From positions 2,294,001 to 2,358,000 of the forward strand of contig CM007990.1 of the NCBI GenBank assembly GCA_002189035.1: a DNA stretch of 64,000 bases. The letters run 5' to 3'. Source of the stretch: Utricularia gibba. Taxonomy: Eukaryota; Plantae; Magnoliophyta. Below the pieces are notes generated by a model that ran no database searches, was not told the origin of the DNA, and was given only the letters and a program-made list of their open reading frames with translations. The translations under genes were made by a program, and so were the position numbers. Below, piece by piece: positions 24,301-37,583 of this stretch (positions are counted from its first letter, which is position 1; each line of letters starts with the position of its first letter).

Positions 24301-26610
24301 CCAGCATAGTGTGTAGTTGTTTAAAGCATTCCAAGACTTCATTCTTTCTTTCAATCAGGTAAATCCAGGCCTTTCTTGAGAAATCATCAATGAATGACAC
24401 ATAGAATCGTTTTCCTGACCCTAAGGCCACATTGATCGGTCCCCCAACTTCAGAGACTATTAGATCCAAGGGTTCTTTGCTTTTCTCCAGCCCCCCTTTA
24501 AATTGGACACAGTGATGTTTACCAACAATGCAGCTTTCACAGGCCTTAGGTCCTAATTTCACCCTTTTAATAAGTCCCCGTTGCATCAGGTGGTTCAGAC
24601 CAGCGTCAGCTATGTGACCAAGTCTCTTATGCCGCAAAGTGTATTCCAGATCATTTCCACTTACTAGATTCAAACTTGGTACATCATACTAGACAGCTGT
24701 TTTATACAATGTTCCTTCAAGCCACCCCTCACCAACTATGGTATATCCTTTCAACAATTTCCAGCATCCATCAGAGAAGGTGTTGTTGTAACCAGCTTTG
24801 TCCAGGTTATTCACAGACATGAGGTTCATACATATGCCAGGTACATGTCTTACATTTTTCAGCAAAAGATTATAGCCTCTGCTCATCCTTACCAGTAGTT
24901 CCCCCAGACCTAAAATTTTTGCTTCTGTGTAGTTCCCCATTTTTACTGCTCCAAGGTTTGCTATTCGGTAATTTATTAGGTGATCCTTTGAAGGAGTGGC
25001 ATGATAGCTTGCTGCTGAATCTACGATCCACAATTCTTCATCCGGAGCACTGCCACTGTCAACATTTAGCAACACCATCAATTTCTCTTTCTGAGAGTCC
25101 TGCTCAATTAGGGTCAAGAGTTCTTCTTCTGCTTCAACAGTGAAGATAGCATCCTCGGTTATATGTTTATTTTTGTTGCCTTCCTTGTCAGATTGAAGTA
25201 TGCGCAGCCATAATCTACATTCTTTCTTGAGATGTCCAGGTTTTTTGCAATAAAAGCAAGATGTGGTCTCTTTTTGCCCATCTTCCTTTGAATCTATGGA
25301 TCGTTCCTTGCAGTTTTGGCCCCTCTGTTTTTGATACTTTTTGTATCTGTTGTGATTCTTTTGTCTACAGTTCCCTTTATGTTCTGTAACTGCCAGAGTC
25401 CCTTTTGAGTGTGATCCATTAGAGAGGCGTTGTTGTTTTTCTTGCAGCAGAGCATTAGCTACTCTTTCAAATTCCAGCTTATCCATGACATTGTTGCTAA
25501 GAGTGATAACCATCGTTTCCCAATTGGGAGTCAGCGAGTCCAGCAGTTTAATAGCTTAAGTTTCATCATCAAAGGGCATACTAGCAGCTAGCATAAGGTT
25601 TGCAATCTCCTGGAAGTTATTGAGGTGTTTAGCCATGGACCCTCCATCCTTAAATTGGAAAGCCTTTTATCCAGCATCATCTTATTCTGGGGATTGCTGT
25701 GTTGATAGATTTCTTCCAATTTATTCCAGAGTAGTTGAGCGTCTTCCAATTTGGAAATCTGATGTTGAATTGCCCTGTCAACATGCAGCAAGATGTAAGA
25801 GGCGACTTTCAGATGCAGGTCATTTCAATCATCTACCTGAAACTTCTTAGGCTTGGCTTTCCCCATTACAACAGGTTTCCACAAGTCCTTGCAGACAAGG
25901 AGAACTTTCATCGTAGACTTCCATGTTGCATAGCTTTGAGAGTTTAGTTTGGTCACAGAAACTGTTTCTTTCATTTTCGGTTTCTTGAAAGAACGATGGT
26001 CAATTATCACAAGCAGATTGAGGCTACCGTACTAACAAGTATTCCAAGAATCCGCAACACAGCTCTGATACCAATTTGTAGGGTGTTTAGCAGCTTAGAA
26101 CCTTCGGTTGATGTGATTAGTGCGATCAAAATAAAGGAACAGTACAAGATTTTAACGTGGAAACCCAATTGGTAAAATCACGGGTGCTTATCACACTAGA
26201 TTTGAAGAAATCTCCACTATTACTCGAGTTTCGATATAGGAGCAAGAACAGCTCCTCAAGAATCAGGCTCCACCGACCAAACTTCTTCCCAAGAACCGGG
26301 AAATAAGAAAAACAGTAATAATTGCTTGATCCCTCTCAGGGAGTCTTCTTCTCACCTTGTGCGATCTCCAATCGTAGGGATACCCAGATGAAAAGCACTC
26401 TGAGTAACAAACCCACAACCTCCAAGATTCCCTAGGTGTTCCTCTACTGTTTTGCGAAGAAGGAAAAAATTGACTTAATGGTCGTACTTGCTGGTCCTTT
26501 TATAGCCTCCAGTATTTGGGCCTTAGCACAGGAAAAAACGTAAGGTTGAACTTTGGGCTGGGGCTAGTATGTCTTTGGCCCGTTCAACAGAGGGAGTTGC
26601 CAGCCCAACA
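21396..26610 (-). mobile_element. Full-length Ty1/Copia LTR retrotransposon (Tnt1/Tork-like), decayed
   Basis: LTRs 21396-21928 and 26077-26610 (TG..CA), TSD GAAAG on both sides, PBS TGGTATCAGAGC (tRNA-iMet, 26062-26073) and PPT at ~21929-21940. Domains: gag with CFYCKKPGHLKKEC knuckle, protease, integrase, RT (LLLYVDDML) and RNase H (DADMAGDVDSRKSTTG). Several stops and frameshifts. Confidence 0.97.
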
Positions 26611-27318
26611 GAAAGAACATCAAGAAGATGAAATCCTCTTTGGAATTCATATATGGTGAATTTGGTTCTTCTTCCAAATTATTTCTTTAATAAAATCTTG
26701 TTTTGGTGTACAAGTATCCCCAGTTTTTTTTTTTGTTTTTGGATTATTAGTTATCTTCTTATTGTTTTTTACAAATCTACACTTAAATTATTTAATGTTA
26801 CAAAAATAATCCAAAATACGCTAAAAATATCCAAATTCCCTTACACAATGTGACCTAATTTCTTGTACTTCATAGCTCACCATTTATTGACCTTTTAATG
26901 TATCTTCAAATTAGGTAAAAAAAAATTTTAAAATTCATAAAAGAAATTTTTTAAGAAGATTATATTAATATAAAACATGTAAAATCAATAAAAATAATAA
27001 GAAGAAAATCATATATATACAATGGCTTGAAATAATCCAAAAAAGGTAATGAAAAATTATGTTCTAAATGACACAAATATGGAAAAGAAAATTTTAGACT
27101 AGTCTATCTATTTAAAGGAAAATACATATTCATAATTTTATTATTCATAATATATTTATATCCACGGAAAGAAACAAAGATGGAAAAGAAAATTCATAAT
27201 TATTTAAAAATCGTTGAATAATTATTGACGAAAGGGAAGAACCCTGCGGCAAAAACCCCGCCATATTCCCTCAGTTTGGTACCGGCAACTTCTCCTGCGT
27301 CTACGTCGCCGGGGGTCC

Positions 27319-30300
27319 ATGGGAACTGATGGTGGGTCGACAGCAGCGGGGATGGAGGTTTCGCTGCTCAATACTGATTCTATCCGGTGGCATCATGTCA
27401 CCGTGCCTTGTACTTCTTCCACCATCACTTCCCAAAACAATGACCACCCAATTTGCAAAGACTTCTCTTCGTGTTGTGTCAATGGGGATTCCCATTCTTA
27501 CTTCATATGGTACTTGCATCACTTTATGATTTCCTTTCCATTATAGCGTCTGTACTTCTCTACCGAATTTCTGTTTTAGTATTAATATTTTGCGCCTTCG
27601 GCGGGTTGTGATGCCATCTTTCTGATGTTTTGTTGCATTGTTCCTGAATCTGGGGTAAAATGCTGTGGTTCGTTTTGTGCTGCTCGTCGGTTTCGGATGT
27701 TCTGCTGTTTAGAAACTCTGTTGAACATATTTCTGACCTCTTCTCCTTGCCCTATTAATTGTTCAATGTATGCTTTTCCAGGAGAACGAGCAAGTCGAGG
27801 CCGAGATCTCTAGAGATCATAGAATTGTGTTGTCAAGAACAAATGCCAATAACTGGGCTGAGAGTTACATTTCCAGATGCGCTCTTCCCATTTGCTTTCA
27901 TTTGCAAAGATATGGTGCTGTAATATTGTTTATTTTTTTAATCTCATTGATCTTTCGTAAAGTGCGACCTTCATAATTTTCAGTGGCTACATTTTTCTTA
28001 ATGCAGACCATGTTCTTCTCCAGAAATCAATTTGTGCTATATGCGGTGACAATTTCAGGGGTAGCTTATCTCATCAGATTGAAGGACAAATTTGAATATG
28101 GAATTTCATCCAGCCTGTCGTCTAATGATTATATAGAGTGTAATACACAAGCTTTTCCTCATGGTGGAGAAATAACTGCCGTTACTGCAATTTCTGGATA
28201 TCTGTTTATTGGAAGAAATGATGGTTCTACTGCTTGCTTCCATTTTAGCTCCCCTGACTCATCTGCGTTAGGTCTGGCATTTCTTATCAGTAACATTTGC
28301 TGTTGTGCAAAAATTTGAACTTCGTATATTGCATCAGTAACCTCGTGTTTCTACTGTTCAATTTCATGTAATTTGCAGTTCCTTTGTTTGAGTTGCGAGA
28401 TGATGGGGTTTTGGTCTTTTCCGTGGCATATTATCAAGGTACTATTCTGGAAAGTTTTTTAGATGTTTCTTATTGCAAAAGACGACAATCAATAGTCCTC
28501 TTTCCCATCACTTTACAAACAGCTTAGTTCAGAGATTTTAAAGAAGCTGAAGACTTTGATGCATCACTTTACAAAAAGTTATGATAATTTTCTTCAGTTA
28601 ATTTACGTTTTCTGCAAAAAATCTTTGTTGAATTTCGTCCAAGTGAAGAGTTAAAAATCAACTTAGATGCTGTTGCAACTGATGAGCGAAATTGCAAATC
28701 ATTAGAATAGTGTGAGATGAAACTGTAACCATACTGATCTCCCTAGAGACTGTTTCTCCCAGATTTTAATATGTTCCTTTACAAAGGATACTGTTTTTCT
28801 GATCCATTAGTCTATCCTAGTGAATACAGCTTTTCTGTTACACTAGTTTTTTCCAATGAATACCACATTTCTGTTATTTTTTTTATATTTGTAGTCATTA
28901 AGTTGATGAAATCAGATGGATCTCTCATTTTCAGTTTAGATTCGCTTATATAATTATATTTCAACTTGCACTCAGGAGTCCAACCCCAGCTGTTCATGAT
29001 TTAGTAACATCTGAGGTGAAATCTAGAAAGCTTCTATTCGTGCTACATTCTGATGGAAGTTTTCGGGTGTGGGATATTGTAAGCCGTGCGAAAATTTTTA
29101 GTCAGTCAAGAATCACTCCAATATCCACAGGCAAATACCGAATTCTCATTATTATCTGATCCGGGTGTGAATTTGCTTGTATCAGTTGCTAGTATAGGGC
29201 TTGGTAGTCTTTGATAGTTCTGTATTTCATCACTGATGTGAACTTTTGGATGGAAAGGGAACCGTAAAATCAAAACTTGAGATTTCTTCTCCTAAACACC
29301 TGGATTGAAGCTTTTTGTTAAATGCTCTGGATGTTTGCTGAATCATGCATTGTATCTTACCTTGTTCCTCTCATTTCCATTCACTCTCAAATTTAGAGGA
29401 AATGATTAGCAAGATACTAGTGGAGATGAAAATTGAATTGATTGATGATTTAGAGTATTTAGGTTGCCATTTGACTGGCATTAATGTATTTCTTTTCAAT
29501 TTTTATTGAAAATATGGGTTTGGAGATAGACATGGATTTGAAGAGAAGTCTTAGATAATGCATGAGCTAGTTTCAAAGTCTGTTTGCTTTCCTCTTTTGG
29601 CGTTTTTTGCATCTTGTAGACAAGTTGTACCTTTCTTATAATGTGCTGTATTTTTTATGATGATTATGTTTCAGGTGGCTTTCTAAGGCTTTGGGTTGGA
29701 GATGCTGATGAAAATGGCACAATTCCCATGGCAATGCTTCATCGGCATAATAAGGTATGCTTTTAGTTTAATGATTACTCTATCACTGTTCGATCATTTG
29801 GTAGATCTGCGAAACTTAAGACTAATAGTGAAGATGGAACCTCTTGGAACTATTACTGCAAGATTATTGTGTTTATTGCATTATATTCTGAAAGGACATA
29901 GGTTTAATACGTTATGATGAACCAGAATTGTGTCAGTCAGGTTTATTGTGACTAGCCATATAATGATATTTTAGTTCTTATCCCTTGGAAACTGTTCAGG
30001 AAACTGCATCAGAAACAATTCTTTTGTATGGTTTCCATTGTGGTTCGGGGGACAGGTTGACTTTTTCTCTTGGGTCATGGTCTCAGAAAATCTCTTTGTT
30101 AGAGGTAATTCTATAGATTGTATAAAACTTCAGGTTGCTGATTTTCCCATCTCTAATTTCACTATTTCTGCCTTTTTATGTTTGAAGGGTGGAACTATTG
30201 ACGTTAAATTTGCATTGGACAAAGTATGGGTTCTCAGTGAAGGAAATCTAATAATGAGGGAAATGTTTAGGGATGATCCCAACGAGTGAGTTATATTTGA

Positions 30301-33300
30301 TTTTTCTTTTTAATCTTTCTTTAGATAGTTAAAGTTAATCTGGTTTCTCAGGTTTTATTGTACATGTGTTTATTATGCGTGCATTTTGGTGAATGCTCCT
30401 TTGCTTGCATCGATGTTATGAATTGCTTTAGCTGAACGTACTGCTAGTGGTTCCAATTTGGATGTGAGCTTTGTTTCCCTTATTCAATTCATGAATGTTT
30501 CTGGATCTACAATTATTTTGTTAATTGTAGCTTACAATTTGTTTTTGTGTGATTTAGGATATCAACGCATTACATCACCTTGCTGGAAGCATACATTTCA
30601 AAAATGCTGTTTCAAAGTTCAGAAAATTCTTCAGATGATCTTTTATGGCTTAGCCTTTCAGTATTATCATTTACAAAGGTACTGCAGTAACTGTGACTTT
30701 TTTCAATTACTTTACAGTATGTTTTAGCAAAAGCTGCTTGTTTCATGTTGTCTATAGGAAGTTAATGTTTTCTCCATACATGGATATAAGAAATTTCTTT
30801 CTTTCTTTGACAGGACGATGTTGCCACATTTTTTTCTAATATTTTTATGCGCTCATTGCTTCTTCCTGGAGTTTTTTGCAATACTGTTCTGAGGCAAACG
30901 TTGGGAGCGTTTAGAAAGAGCTTCACGGATTCAGAGTTTGGATTGTTAACTGTTGATGGGCTGAAAAGGGAGATTTTATCTGTTATCCATTATCAGGTTT
31001 TTTCTTAATTTGTAGTCCATTGTATGAGTCTTTCCTTGGAAGTGAGGTACTTCTGTTTACACTTCGTCATCTGCTTCTGTGTCAGAGATAGCTTACTGGT
31101 GTCCTTTTTTTTAATGTCTTTCATTTGAATCATGCCTAGTTTTTTCTCTTAATTTCTACTTCAAATGCATGGCACTTGAGAACTGTTTGCAGCAACTGCT
31201 TTGACCAAACCGGTCATAGAGGGATGTTTTCCTAGTGGACTTTATATTCCATAGGCCATTTTGCACACTGCCTGCTTTTATGGTTTTATTTGTTCCTGGT
31301 GACTTGAGGGTTACCTTAGAATTAATATTTTTTTTCCTGCTATAGGGTGCTAACAGTAGTCCTGTGTCTTCTCTTCAACGCTGGAGTACATTCTGTTCCC
31401 ATTATGTGGATACTTGGTGCAAGCAGAATGCAGCATGTGGTCTCCTTCTGGATCCGTTTACAGGTGCAGTGGGTTTAATCAGACAGAATAGCATCTCTCT
31501 GTGCCGTGGGTTGGAGGATGCAGAAAGTGTCATACATGGTATTTTTGTATTATCTCTTTACACGGTGTGGTTCAAATTTCTTAAATGACCTAGGCTTTCT
31601 TTGCAGCATGTTATTTAGAACAGAGAAACACGAAGCTTGAGCTCTCTGGTCTTGAACGTGATCAGGAAATCCTATTTGAGTTTCTCCAATGTGTGGATTA
31701 TATCAGCCAGCAGTTGGGGAAACCATCATCAGCAATATTCTATGATTCACTAAATAGGTCGCCTATGATGTCATCCGAGGATGTGGTTTCTTGTTTTCTG
31801 AATATTCTAGAATCTGGATATAGTTCATCAGTTGCACCTTTGCTGGAATCAGAAATGGGGCTTGATACTGCATGGAATAGAGAGTTCTTGTATCGTAGAA
31901 ACCTAAGAAAATTTTCAGCGAGCATTTATTTGTCTCTTCTTGCATTATCCCGTAAAGCCTCTTCTTGGAGCAAGGTTTTTGATGTGGTTGAGAGCTACTT
32001 AAGATTTTTAGTGCCTCGGAAAACTATGCTTCATTCAGGTGTCAGGGAAAAATTTTATTTAAATGCAGCTGCTGTTGTTCAGGCAACTTGCCAAATCTCT
32101 AAAGTGATGTTTGATTGTAGTTTTGATGTTCTCATGCTACTAAGCTATGTAACCCGGATCAGTGGCCAGGTTAGTTTGTATTAGCTGCATCGTATGCCAA
32201 ACTATATATACGGGATCCAGCACCTGTTTTGGGTACTGCAGGGAACAGATTTAATATTTTATTTTCTTTAACGGTTTGCACTTTCCAGTTGGTTGTTGGG
32301 ATGTTGTTATGCATTAAACGGGAATGTTGAAATCATACATTTTTGGTCTTAATGCATGCTTTCTGATCCTGTTGGAGGTTTTTTCTCTCCATATTGTCTT
32401 GGAGTAGCAAATATTTCATATTTTCGCCAATTATCAGGTGGCCCATTTCTGAAGTCAGAATTTACTAATGCTTTTGTCATGCCTTCTGTAATGATGTTCA
32501 CAGTTGCTTTACTTAAAGTTTTGTGCAATAGTCCTTCTGCTCTAAATGTTGCCTGAATTATTCTCGGTTAAGCTGATTGCAGTTATGCTTACTTTTATGT
32601 TTTTTTTCAGATTAACATGTCTTTTAATGACATTTTAAGAGTTACACGAGATTTGATTCCCATGATCCAAGAAATAGTTATGGAATGGCATATTATACAT
32701 TTCATGGGGACCTGCCCATCTCAGTCACCTGCAGTTGGAGATTTTGATTATCAGCTTTCTGCATTGCACATAGGTAAGAGTAGATAAGCATTTTTTTTTT
32801 TTTTTTTTTTTTGGTTTTCCTAGTGCCAAAACTTTTGTATTTTTAGTACATGAGCTTACTTTTATTCCCATTTTTCTAGGTGGAGGTTTCAATAAAGGAT
32901 CATGGATTCATTGGAATGGAAAGTCTGAATTTTATTTGGGTTACCTTCTACTGAACATGCAAAAATCCTTTGGGGAAATGCAGAACATCTCTAACAGCCA
33001 TTTTCCGAGTCCTAATAATTTGATTAGTCAAAGCAGGGAGTTCACCAGCTGGATAATATGGGGAAGACAAGAAGGGGAATCTTCAGTGTTATTTAGTAAT
33101 GCAATTGAAGTAATAGCAATGCTTCTTGTGCATGGCCAGCTAAATGCAGCTGAGGTTTTGTGATTCTTTTTAAAATTCATTATTTATATGCCCTAACTGG
33201 GTCAGGTCTATGCTCACTTATGTTTTATCACTCCAGTGCTTGCTTGCATTTCTGGATGAGTGTTTGCGCAAAGCACAGAGTTTAGAAAGCCTTCTGTTAA

Positions 33301-36300
33301 TGGATTGCAGACCATATGCAGTCTATCATCTTCTCGGTTGCTGTCTTGTGGCTCAGTCTCATAATGGACTTCCTACACCAATTAAAAAAAGAGGGTCGAG
33401 GAAGCCATTCACTGCTTTTTCAGGTGTCTAACTCATCCTAACAATTTTTTCTTGACTGTTTGGTATGTTCTACAAATCCATAATTTTTCCCTTTGGAACT
33501 TCGTCATGGTAACTGCTGCTTGCTGTTTTTGCCATCTAGTCACTTGTTAGGTTCAGTTTTTTGTGTTTTCGTGGTCTCATTTAATTCTTGTTTTTTTTTT
33601 TCCGTTAAATGTGGGTCATGGTAAAATAATGCTTTAGTTGAACATAGGCCGAAATTGAGGGTTCATTTTCCCTTCCAGAACTGCATCCATGGAAGGATCT
33701 ATCAGTGCTTTGCAAAGTTTGCCAAGGGACGCTGGCTGGCTGCACATTGATCTCCGTAAGCACTTGATTGGTTTTATATTTTGGTTCTCTATTTTTGTGT
33801 ATTGTTTCTGTTTTGATATCCTTCGTTGAACCATTCTGTTCATGTTTCCTCTCCCAGAGTCTTGCTCATCTTCAGCTGCATGCAAGCTTCTGTATTTTGA
33901 ATGGGTTATGCAGCTATTTGAGCAACACAGTTTAAGTGATGCTGCTTGGCAGTTTGCACTTGCGGCCCTGGAGCAGGTTGATGAAGCTTTTGAAGCGATG
34001 GATGGCAGCTCAACAGAAAACGTTGACAATTCTGTGATTGCTAAGAAGGGGAAATTATGGGCGAATGTTTTTAAATTTTCTTTGGATCTTAACAAATATC
34101 ATGATGCATACTGCGCAATAATATCAAATCCCGATGAGGAAAGCAAACATATATGCTTGAGGCGTTTTGTCATAGTTCTTTATGATCATGGTGTAATACA
34201 GGTATTTATTCTTATATATTTGTATATACGCGTTATTTTCTTACTAGAAAACATGTTTATTTTATGCAAAAGAAATTGCATGCATAGAACATTCATGATT
34301 ATGGGAGGGAAAAAGGAATAGAATGTATGACAGTATGACAGTGGGAAAACGTAAGTGGAGAGAACTGCACTGACATGAAACGGGAAAATGAATTTACACA
34401 ATTCTATTATATGATTTTCTTATGGCACCCCCTAAGTACTAGAATATGCATTTGCAGTGACAATCACCAAATTTACTATTGCAAACTCCAATTTTATTTT
34501 TTCTTCCCGTGTTTCAATTATTTAAGAAGTGGCTAAAAATACGTATGATTCGATTTTCTCATTTTTGTATTTGCAGATGGTTTGTGATGGTCAGTTGCCA
34601 TTGGTTGGCTTTGATGATAAGGTGGAGCAAGAGCTGGCCCGAAAGGTTTTCTATGATTTACTTGATGACGAGAATGTTGTTTTCTTCCTTACAATCAACA
34701 TATGATGATGATATATTTTCATAACAGGCAGAGCATTCTGATTTATCAACCAAGCCAAATCCCTTTAAACTTCTTTATGCATTTGAGATGCACCGGCATA
34801 ATTGGTGTAGAGCTGCAACCTTTATGTACCTGTATTGCAATCGCTTAAGAGTTGAAGTGGCAGTCAAAAATCATCAAATGAAGTCTTGGTCTCTACAGGA
34901 ACGCTTGAGTGGGTTAGCTGTGACCATTAATGCCCTTCAGCTTGTGCATCCTGCTCATGCTTGGATTGCTGCCCCAGTTAAAGAAGCTTCCGTTGATAAA
35001 GAATCCTATCCCAGTAAAAAGGCCAGAATAGTCAAGCACGAAACATGTAAATAGATGTAGTGTGTTTTCCAATATTTTCCCATTATTTAATGGCATTATT
35101 CCAATTGATTCTATTGCAGCCCCCTTTGATGATCGTCCTCCCCAGAAATGTACATCTTATTTAAATATTGAGAAGCTTGAAGAGGAATTCATGCTGACAT
35201 CAGCGGAGTACTCCCTCAATTTGGCAAATGTTGAATGGAGTTTTCATGGTATGATATTACTATCACTGCTTCCTCTTTCTGTCTTTTTTTCAGATGCTGA
35301 TTGTGGTAATATAAGCTTTTGTTAGCTTAAAACACTGTTGGTATTTTTTGGAATTCATCAGAAGTTTCTCTTAGATTCTTGTTTGCATTCAGTGATGAAT
35401 ATGGAACTCTATTTGGAGCATTTTGGGGATTCTTTCTGAGGTCACTTAGCTTTTTCCTCTACTACAGGAGATGAGAAACCAACAGCTCAGCTTATTGATC
35501 TTTTAGTTGAATCAAATTTGTATGACATGGTTTTTATGGTGATCCTCAAGTTTTGGAATGGGTCTCGTCTTCAAAGGTTGTTTCTTTAGTATGAAAGTTA
35601 CCTCTGATACCTTTGAAGTTTTTATATATCTTAAATGTTCTGATTACTCGCACTATGGCAATTATTCAGTGAGCTTGAAAGAGTCTTTACTGCTTTGGCA
35701 ATGAATTGCTGTGTGAGAAGCCAGGCCCGTATGCTGCCCAGGTGAGTGTTCGATGTACCTTCTTCGTGGCTATTGTCTGATTTAACAGACACCGTGTCTT
35801 GCATTTCTGTGTTCTTTCTGGATTGTAATTTCATCTTCCGTTGTTCCAGCAGGGAAAATCATAAAGTTGGTCATCTTCTGTTGACTGCCTCCAAAGATGA
35901 TGTGTCATCACATAATTTAGCCGATGATGTCACAACACCTGAGCTTTCCGGTGATGGTCCTTGGGAGAGGCTTGAAGTTTATCTTGTTTGTGCTTCTTCT
36001 TAATCCTCTTTAAGATTTCTTCTCTTCAAAGCAGTCTGTTTTACTTGCAGATAAATCTATTTCCAAATTTTTGTAGACTTGTCATCTCCTATTTTTCGGT
36101 GAACTGTGAAAGGGAACAAAAATCAAATTTTAGAGATACATGTTCGATTGCTAGATTTAGACTGCATTTTTTACTTTTGGGGGATTTGGCCAAATTCAGG
36201 GACAACCCTGCCTTAATTATCCTTTGTACTAGAACACTTGTGGTTGTTATACACATTATTTTGTCAGCATAGTAGACTCTTTACTGTGTAAATGCATGGA

Positions 36301-37489
36301 CGGATATCCATTGATTGGGTTCGGCTAATTTTGTAAATGGATATTTCCGGTGTTTCTTATAAAACTTGAAGAAGTTTACACATCGGCACTCTTTGCCAAT
36401 GAAGCCCTTTTCGATCCCTAGCCTTTCGTCAATGCCTCAGTGTACTTTTTAGGGGCCAATGCCTTCTGTATAGTTGTCTTATTTTATCATTGTTTTAAAC
36501 CTATTAGAAACTATTCAAATTTTTGTGATACACTACGTGCTTCATTTGCATGTTGCAGGATAATTACAAGGCTTTCCATCCTGGGTTACCATTAATTGTT
36601 GCTAGAACGCTTCTTTCCTCTGATCCACAAATTAAAATACCAATGTGGCTGCTGCAACATATGGTAAATTTCTCGATGATGAAAGAAGTATAATATAATA
36701 GTTTCCTTTCTATCCCTTTTTATATCAATGCCAGTTATACTTAATGGCAGCATGCCTACATCTTTTCATGTTCATGAACTCACCCTCAATTGTGAGCCTC
36801 CATGTGTCAGACATTTTACTCCGATATTTTCCCAGTAACAAAGTGCTTTTTGAATCTAATATTTGGTGCTTGTGGCAGGTTTATAATAAATGTTCTCTTG
36901 GAATGACTGGAAACCAGTCAGATCCAGCAGCACTGTTTCGACTGCATGTTGAGTATGGGCGATTTACAGAGGCTGTAAAATTACTTACAGAGTATTTGGA
37001 AGGACTATCCTCAATTGTAAGTGGTATTCCTTATTCTTGTATCAATATGGTATTCTTAATCTTCTTGAAACCTAATAGTTGCAGCATTGTATTGATTTTG
37101 TTAGCTGCAACTTTATTCGGATGTGTTTGTGTGGTTATCTGCATCCAAACCTTCTAAGCTTAGGCATGGATTTCATCTTTTGACAACACTCTTGCAAATT
37201 TCTGTAGCAAGCACATGATGTTATCCGTCGCAAGAAGCCATTTTCTGTTTGGTTCCCATACACTAACATCGAACGCCTATGGTGCATGCTCGAAGAATCT
37301 ATCAAATTGGGGCACAGGATTGATGAGTGTGAAAGCTTAAAGAAGTTAGTGGTGAAGGCTCTGCAGAACCATCTCAACCTTGTATGTTGCATAGCCTCTT
37401 TAGCCCAAAACTTCATTGCTTCTTTGTAATGCAGTCTTTTTCTTCAGGTTGACTCGGACGCAGAAGACATAAAACTGGCTCTCAGATAG
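27319..37489 (+). CDS. NUP160: Nuclear pore complex protein NUP160 (about 27 exons)
   Basis: GMEVSLLNTDSIRW N-terminus; LFVLHSDGSFRVWD; LRLWVG; LWANVFKFSLDLNKYHDAYCAIISNPDEESKHICLRRFVIVLY; LFRLHVEYGRFTEAVKLL; VWFPYTNIERLW. Splice sites traced exon by exon to TAG at 37487-37489. Two -1 frameshifts in homopolymers (see findings). Confidence 0.95.
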
Positions 37490-37583
37490 GCATGAAGCAT
37501 CAGGATAGAGCGTTCGTTCTGTCATTAACTGAAGTTGTAGATGGCGAGGTTCGTAAATCATTCACGTCTGAAGACTTGCTGTA

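Noticed and set aside
33634-34095. 153-aa minus-strand ORF
   Set aside because: Antisense shadow of NUP160 exons with no recognisable domain.
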